A stretch of DNA of 63,092 bases, the filler included, from Collodictyon triciliatum (taxonomy: Eukaryota), in the NCBI GenBank assembly GCA_043381765.1. It is 8 parts of 8 records of this genome, joined end to end, with 100 filler letters (N's around TTAATTAATTAA, not from the genome) between each part and the next. Parts side by side here need not be neighbours in the genome. Positions count along the whole stretch, not along the records: positions 49,709 to 58,513 come from JBHJMP010003273.1; positions 58,614 to 63,092 come from JBHJMP010003331.1; 6 more parts are not named here. One strand, 5' to 3'. Below, piece after piece: positions 57,300 to 63,092 of this stretch. Under the pieces are notes generated by a model. It was not told the origin of the DNA, did no database searches, and saw only the letters and a program-made list of their open reading frames with translations. The number at the start of each line of letters is the position of its first letter. Position 1 is the stretch's first letter. The position numbers and the translations under genes were made by a program.

Positions 57300-58280
57300 A
57301 GACTCTTAACCTTCACTCGATAGCAGTCACCGCGGTACAGAGGGCAATCACAAGTGTGAAATTCGATGCAATCATCGATAATTTTATTTCCATGTGGATT
57401 TCGGGGCGATACCACTAAAAAAAAAAAAGCGAGGAAAAAGTTTACATTGAACTTGAAGAGAACTGTTGTGAAATTCGTTTGTGACAAGTTTGAGTTAAAT
57501 AGACTTTGACAAGGAATTTATAAATCTCAATAAATTTCATGTTTCATATAAAATAAAATAAAACGGTTTCCAGATCGAACCTAACTGTAAAGACTTGAGT
57601 TAAAATAACCACCCATGAGGCGATACCTAATCGGTGATGGCAAACCAAGCAGGTCAACTTTGTAGTGAGCAAGGACAGCCAGGGACACGACCATCATAGC
57701 ACCTCTTAGGGGATTTTTCTATTCTTCTTTTAAGTTTGTGCGAGATGGAGGTTTTTGTCTTTGAAACACTCCTTGAGGGATATTCCAAATATCCTGGGTA
57801 TCAAGGTATACGTTATATTTGCTGCATGTGTTCGCATGACATATTGGCTCGGGCTTCTGTGACAAGGTAAGATAAAATGGGGTAAATACCTTCAATGCAG
57901 ATAGAGCATCAATCAACGACGTGTTCCAACAGGGAGACTCCTTCATCCAAGCTATCTCAAAACTCCTCAACTTAAATCATTGGGACAAGGCCCCAACGAA
58001 ATAACAAAATAGACCAAAATGCCATAACTATCCGAGTATTATAATAAGTTTGTGAAAATCGAAAACTTCCCTTGGCAGGTATCAGAACTGAATAGCTGTG
58101 CATTTCTTATCAATGAAGTAAAGGATTGAAGATAAGATTATCAACCTACTCCTTCTCCTTGGTCGGAACTCTTTTTTTTTTCTTCGACCCGTGCAGTATA
58201 TTGAAGATGGAATGCATATCCGAAGAGTCAGTTTTTTCGACATAACATATCTTTTGAATTGTTGAGATACTGCACCCTAT
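57300..58280 (-). pseudogene. Degenerate COR-like / ROCO C-terminal fragments
   Basis: Stop- and frameshift-interrupted segments (ISTIQKICY...SIFNILH; F*YLPREVF; IDAL.../IYPILSY...C) loosely resemble COR motifs and lie just downstream of the ROC exon across a gap. Confidence 0.3.
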
Positions 58281-58388
58281 TTATTTTCTTTTATCAATTT
58301 ATAAGAGATGTGGAAGTATATACTGCGAACTCAATTTCTAATGGGGGTGTCATATTATGTTTATGTTTATTCTATGGTACGGTAATAT

Positions 58389-58513
58389 ATGGTATGGTAA
58401 TATGGTATGGTAATATGGTATGGTAATATGGTATGGTAATATGGTATGGTAATATGGTATGGTAATATGGTATGGTAATATGGTATGCTATGCTATGGTA
58501 TGCTATGCTATGG
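58389..58513. repeat. (ATGGTATGGTAAT)n / (ATGCT)n tandem repeat
   Basis: Visible tandem units next to a gap. Confidence 0.9.
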
Positions 58514-58613
58514 NNNNNNNNNNNNNNNNNNNNNNNNNNNNNNNNNNNNNNNNNNNNTTAATTAATTAANNNNNNNNNNNNNNNNNNNNNNNNNNNNNNN
58601 NNNNNNNNNNNNN

Positions 58614-61600
58614 ACTGAAGACGCAGCGGAATATATTGATAAGGAAAAGCGGGTCTAGAAACGCTATGTCCTTCATATCTTCGAATGATGAGTACCAAAC
58701 CACGGAACCAAGGTCATGCAGGAATTTCAGAGCACTTTCGCATTGATTTTGGTCCATTTTCAGTTCTTTTTCTGCAAAATCATAGGTATCTTGAATATTC
58801 TCATACTTTTGCTGTTTTCCTTTCGATTCTAAATATTCTTTCAATCGGATATATGATTTCGGAACTCCCGTCTTGATATTCTCTAACAGCAGCATTCCAT
58901 CGTAAATCGCTTTCTTCAAATCTGAAATTCTCATCCCACTCTTGTTGCTTACTTTTAATTCTGTACTGATGAAAGTGTGCCGCTTGTTCTCTCTTTTGAT
59001 GTTGTCTATTTCTTGTTTCATTTCCTGAGCATGCGCAGGATTTTCTGTATCTTGGTGTGTTCCAGCGATTATGATTTTTGAGCCTGGTGCAAAGTCGTCA
59101 AGCATCTTTATCCAGCGGCTGAGATTGTTTTTCTCTTTGCTTCGGTCGAGTCTGTATAGAATTAAAACAAGGGCGCCGTATGATAAAAAGAATGGATGCG
59201 TCACTTGGAACTCTTCCTGTCCTCCAAAGTCCCAGATGCGAATAGATATCGGCTCTCCAGATTCTCCAAGCGCGACTTCGTGGATGTTGACTTCGACTTG
59301 CTCGATGCCATCAGTGCGCTGTCTATTTTCGTCTACAGTACTTTGAAAGCTTGTTGATTGTTGCGTGATTGACTTGGTCAGGGTTGTTTTCCCAGCCTCT
59401 CCTTCTCCAAGCAAAAGCAGTCTCCCCTGTCTCCATTTCATCATGCCATCCACAGAAGCAGTGAGGAAATCAAAAACGGCCTCCGAGCCTTGTTCAATTA
59501 CGTTCTGTGGCACGTTCTTGATTGGGTTTCCATCGATTTTGAGCCCACTTCTCAAGGTTGGAATCTTGACAAATAATAAAGGAAAAACCAGAAGTTCGAT
59601 TTACGCGAAAAAGTATGGATTTCTTTCATTTTATCCATGTGGCTGGTTGGCATGTAAGTTTTGGTTTTGAAGAAAATAGAGCATGGCGCCAGAATGGGAG
59701 GAAGTGAAAAAGAGTTCAGGGAAGACTATTGGAGCATTAAGATTCCTAAGCGCTAGTCCAGCCATTCGATCTATTAATCAAGATATAAGGATAGTTTTAC
59801 ATTTGTAAGTATATGCACATACATATTCCTTTCAGATAAACAAGCATTAAATTAAAATTCGATCTTTTTAATAAATATTCGTCGCTTTTTATATTGCTGT
59901 TATAAAGTTATATATTGAATGCATGAATGAAAGAATCTCTAACTAGGTTGTGGGATATGTCCAGTTTTTCGAGATTTTCGAGTCTTGCAATCGATTCTGG
60001 AACCTTGGTAAGCTACGGTGCGAGTTAGTTACAGCTAATCAAGAGGTTATCGCGTAATAGTTTGATGAGTGATAAGTTAATCAAAAATACCTGGCATTGA
60101 GAGCGTTGCCATGAGTCATTTTACACAGCCAGGATATTCGGTTATTTATTAATAAAAATAAAAAAGGGTTATCGATATAATCTAAACATGAATGCAAAAC
60201 ATAACTCTAATAAATGAAACGATTAAATGTAATTTAAGTTGCCTGGTTCATGGAGATGTCTAGAAAGTGGATTGACGTCATCGCAGATAATAGAGCTGGT
60301 AATTCGGTCAGCTGTTTGTCACAATTAGATTTGAGAATAGGCTAGATAATAAATAAATCAGCTAGATGATGAAAAAAATACTACTTACCTTGTTGCAGCT
60401 GATGTTTAAGTATGTGATATTTGTCATGCACGTGATGTTGGGTGGAAGCGCAGAGATGTTCATTCCATAAAAATTCAGTGATTCAAAGCGGATTTGGGTT
60501 GCGTTCGGTGTCCAGCCTGGCTTCAGCATATCTGCATCCTATTTTATTTTTTTTTGTTTAGTATTCTTCGTTTTTTTAAAAAAAAAATTCTTTTTATTTT
60601 ATTATTGTATTAATATGACTTACTGGTACTTCGTATAACTGCAGCTTTCGGATGTGTTCAACGCCTTCTTTCCAGCACGGCAGGTTCGTGATTCCACGCG
60701 GTGCACGCTTGATGCTTATTTTGCCTCCAGACTCGATGTTGAGATTCTTCAGATTCGTGAGTACCGTGATTTGCGGTGGAAGCTCGATCTGCACACATCG
60801 TTAGTCACTTTTCTTTAATTTTTTTTTTTTATTCTTCCTTTCAACTTTTGTGCAGGACCGAGGGTAGTCACTTTTCTTTAATAAAATAAAATAAAAAAAC
60901 ACTTACAGGGTTGCTGTAAACCCAAAGCTCCGTGAGTCCCGTCAAGTGCGATATTCCCGGTGGCAGCGACGAAAGCTTGTTGCTGTGAACATCAAGCCTC
61001 TCGAGTCCCGTCAACTGTGATATTTCCGGTGGCAGCGACGAAAGCTGGTTTCCACCAACACCAAGCACTTCGAGTCCTGTCAACTGCGATATTTCCGGTG
61101 GCAGCGACGAAAGCAGATTGTTATAAACATCAAGCACTTCGAGTCCTGTCAACTGCGATATTTCCGGCGGCAGCGACGAAAGCTGGTTGTCACCAACATC
61201 AAGCAGTTCGAGTCCCGTCAACTGCGATATTTCCGGTGGCAGCGACGAAAGCTGGTTGTTTTGAACATCAAGGTGCTCGAGTCCCGTCAACCGCGGTATT
61301 TCCGGCGGCAGCAACGAAAGCCGGTTCCTGCGAACATTAAGGTACGTGAGTCCTGTCAACTGCCATATTTCCGGCGGCAGCGACGAAAGCCGGTTTACAC
61401 TAACATTAAGCACTTCGAGTCCCGTCAACTGCGATATTTCCGGCGGCAGCGACGAAAGCTGGTTGTTGTGAACATAAAGCTCCGTGATTCCTGTCAACTG
61501 CGATATTTCCGGCGGCAGCGACGAAAGCTGGTTGCCATGAACATTAAGGTGCTCGAGTCCCGTCAACCGCGATATTTCACGCGGCAGCGACGAAAGCTTG

Positions 61601-61770
61601 TTTCCATAGAGCCACAACTTCACCAAGCCTGGCAGATCCCAGACACCGGGCGGCAAAGAAGTCAGATTTTTCTTCTGGAGATTCAGCTCTGTGTGCTTTT
61701 CGAGCTCCGCGATGCTGCCGTAACCGACGATTTTTCGCAGCTCTTCGAGACGGGCGGCGCGATCAGCCAT
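58614..61770 (-). CDS. LRR-ROC-COR (ROCO) protein, 5' portion; probably disabled in one linking exon
   Basis: Exon 1 (61770-60907) holds about 11 23-aa LRRs, followed by further LRR exons. ROC motifs LLLLGEGEAGKTTL, RTDGI, IWDFGGQEEFQVTHPFFL, GTHQD, VSNKSG; COR start VPKSY...ALKFLHDLGSVVWY...FLDP. Exon 59770-59741 has TAG and a TT donor. Confidence 0.88.
60820..60864 (-). mobile_element. Family A truncated retroelement with 18-bp target-site duplication, in ROCO intron 1
   Basis: Minus strand CCCTCGGTCCTGCACAAAAGTTGAAAGGAAGAAT(A)11, flanked by the perfect direct repeat TAGTCACTTTTCTTTAAT (60802-60819 and 60865-60882). Confidence 0.85.
60907..61620 (-). repeat. 69-bp coding tandem repeat (LRR array)
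   Basis: About ten near-identical units, plus-strand core GAGTCC(C/T)GTCAACTGCGATATTTCCGG(C/T)GGCAGCGACGAAAGC. Confidence 0.95.
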
Positions 61771-63092
61771 GGCGGCGGAGGGGGACGGAAAGTGGTTGTG
61801 ACGCTGTCTGAGGAAACCGGAGACGAATGAGTCGAGTTTTGTGTGGGCAGGTTGCGCAGTGTTTATTTGTTTGGTGTCGTATTGCTTGGGATTGGGAGAA
61901 GGTGACGGGTTGCAGATAACTGGTTGCGGCAGAAAGAAAAGCAAGAAAGTGAAGAGGGACGAATCGGCTGCGAAATAAATAGCAGAGATCCGGAGGTGCA
62001 ATCGGGGTTTTTAGCGTCGATAGTAAGGATAGCGAAGATAGCGGCGAAAACTGGACGGCTGGCAAGAAAAAAAGGTTGATTTGGAAGACTTTTATTGAAA
62101 ATAACATGAAAAACACAACAACTGGAAAATAAAAAAGTTTGGCAAAGTTCGACGAAATCTAACAAAAAAACATAAGACAAATTATGATTCGATAACAATA
62201 AATTTACAAGAAGCTAAGCGCGTGGGCGGTAGAATGAAGCGGAATTTTTGCCAAAATTCTAAAGAAAAGTAAAATGGCAAAGTGGGATAAATGACTTGTG
62301 AGAAAGCTTCGTGCGTGTGTCTGTTTTGTGACAAAATAAAAAAGAGAATTCTGAAGACAGAAAAATAAAAAACATAACGAAGAAGCAAAGGAAAGAGAAG
62401 ACTTACTTGAGAAGCTTCGTGCGTGTCATTGTAAAGACACTGCATTATTCAGCCGAAAGCAAGTTGAAGGCTGTTCGAGTCTCGTGTGTGCGCTCGCACA
62501 TGTGTGAGTGAAGCTTGAAAGACGACTTGAGGAAGGCAGTCGAGACAAAAAACACTGCTGCTTGCTTGGTTGGTTGCTGGCTGCTGCTTCAAGCTGCTTC
62601 GCGCATCACGCGCGCGAAGAAAGGGGTGCCAACCCTTCTCTAGCTTTTGGTTCATTGAACGTGGAGCGTCAGCCTCCCCCGCGTGGGGCTTGCGTCACGC
62701 ATCCAGGCCAGACTTCACTTGGCGTTTTCCGAACCCCTCGCGAGATTCAACCCAGAAGGAGTCATCAGGTGCACAATCCAGTCCACATTCACACCCCCTA
62801 CATAGAATGGTAAGAAAGATGCATAGATTAGCCAATAGATTCATGATTATATGTGAATGGATTATAAAGAGACAAAGTGTATAGATGAATAACAAAGTTT
62901 GTGTATAGATTCATAATAACAGGAAAGCCTTTGAATAATACCTTCGGAACGGCGTCGCTGCGGCGGGAAGAAGCATGTGAGTGTCTGGACCACGCAGTAC
63001 TGGTCACTCCTCCGTGGCGACGCAAGTGCGGCATCCAGTGGAGTCGGTGAGGGCTACTTGGCCTCCACATCCTCACCAAACGCTAGATGACG

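Noticed and set aside
60907-61620. CRISPR-like array (constant repeat plus variable spacer)
   Set aside because: Period is exactly 69 bp, in frame, and encodes LRRs. Eukaryotic context with no cas genes.
62828-63092. ORF at the window end
   Set aside because: No recognisable motif; may be the 3' end or UTR of a gene outside the window.

Overview
Eukaryotic (protist-like) nuclear scaffold: gene-dense, standard genetic code, many short GT-AG introns, microsatellite-rich. It is broken by eight assembly gaps, seven of them 100-nt placeholders carrying an artificial TTAATTAATTAA six-frame-stop linker, so adjacency across gaps is unproven and many genes are partial. IFT121/WDR35 implies a flagellated organism and COQ6 implies aerobic mitochondria. 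Genes in order: an ECTFxP-motif gene end, a disabled duplicated multi-TM gene, P4-ATPase, a velvet/Rel-like + IPT putative transcription factor, A20/AN1 zinc finger, GPATCH1, COQ6, WDR35, a SNF1/MARK kinase exon, two small proteins (one NDUFA4/B12D-like), FYVE-PH protein, MTRR-like diflavin reductase, amino acid transporter, PSP1-C protein, tRNA-Ala(AGC), RPL19, ADP-ribosylglycohydrolase, a signal-peptide/WD40/GCC2-GCC3/7TM receptor, and an LRR-ROC-COR gene. Most notable: (1) an LRR array whose DNA is homogenised except at ligand-face codons; (2) an apparently extracellular WD40 propeller on a 7TM protein; (3) two families of tiny poly(A)-tailed retro-insertions with target-site duplications; (4) plus-strand structured-RNA candidates between RPL19 and the ADP-ribosylglycohydrolase gene, including a speculative telomerase-RNA-like core. 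All calls are by eye, with no database searches or folding runs.
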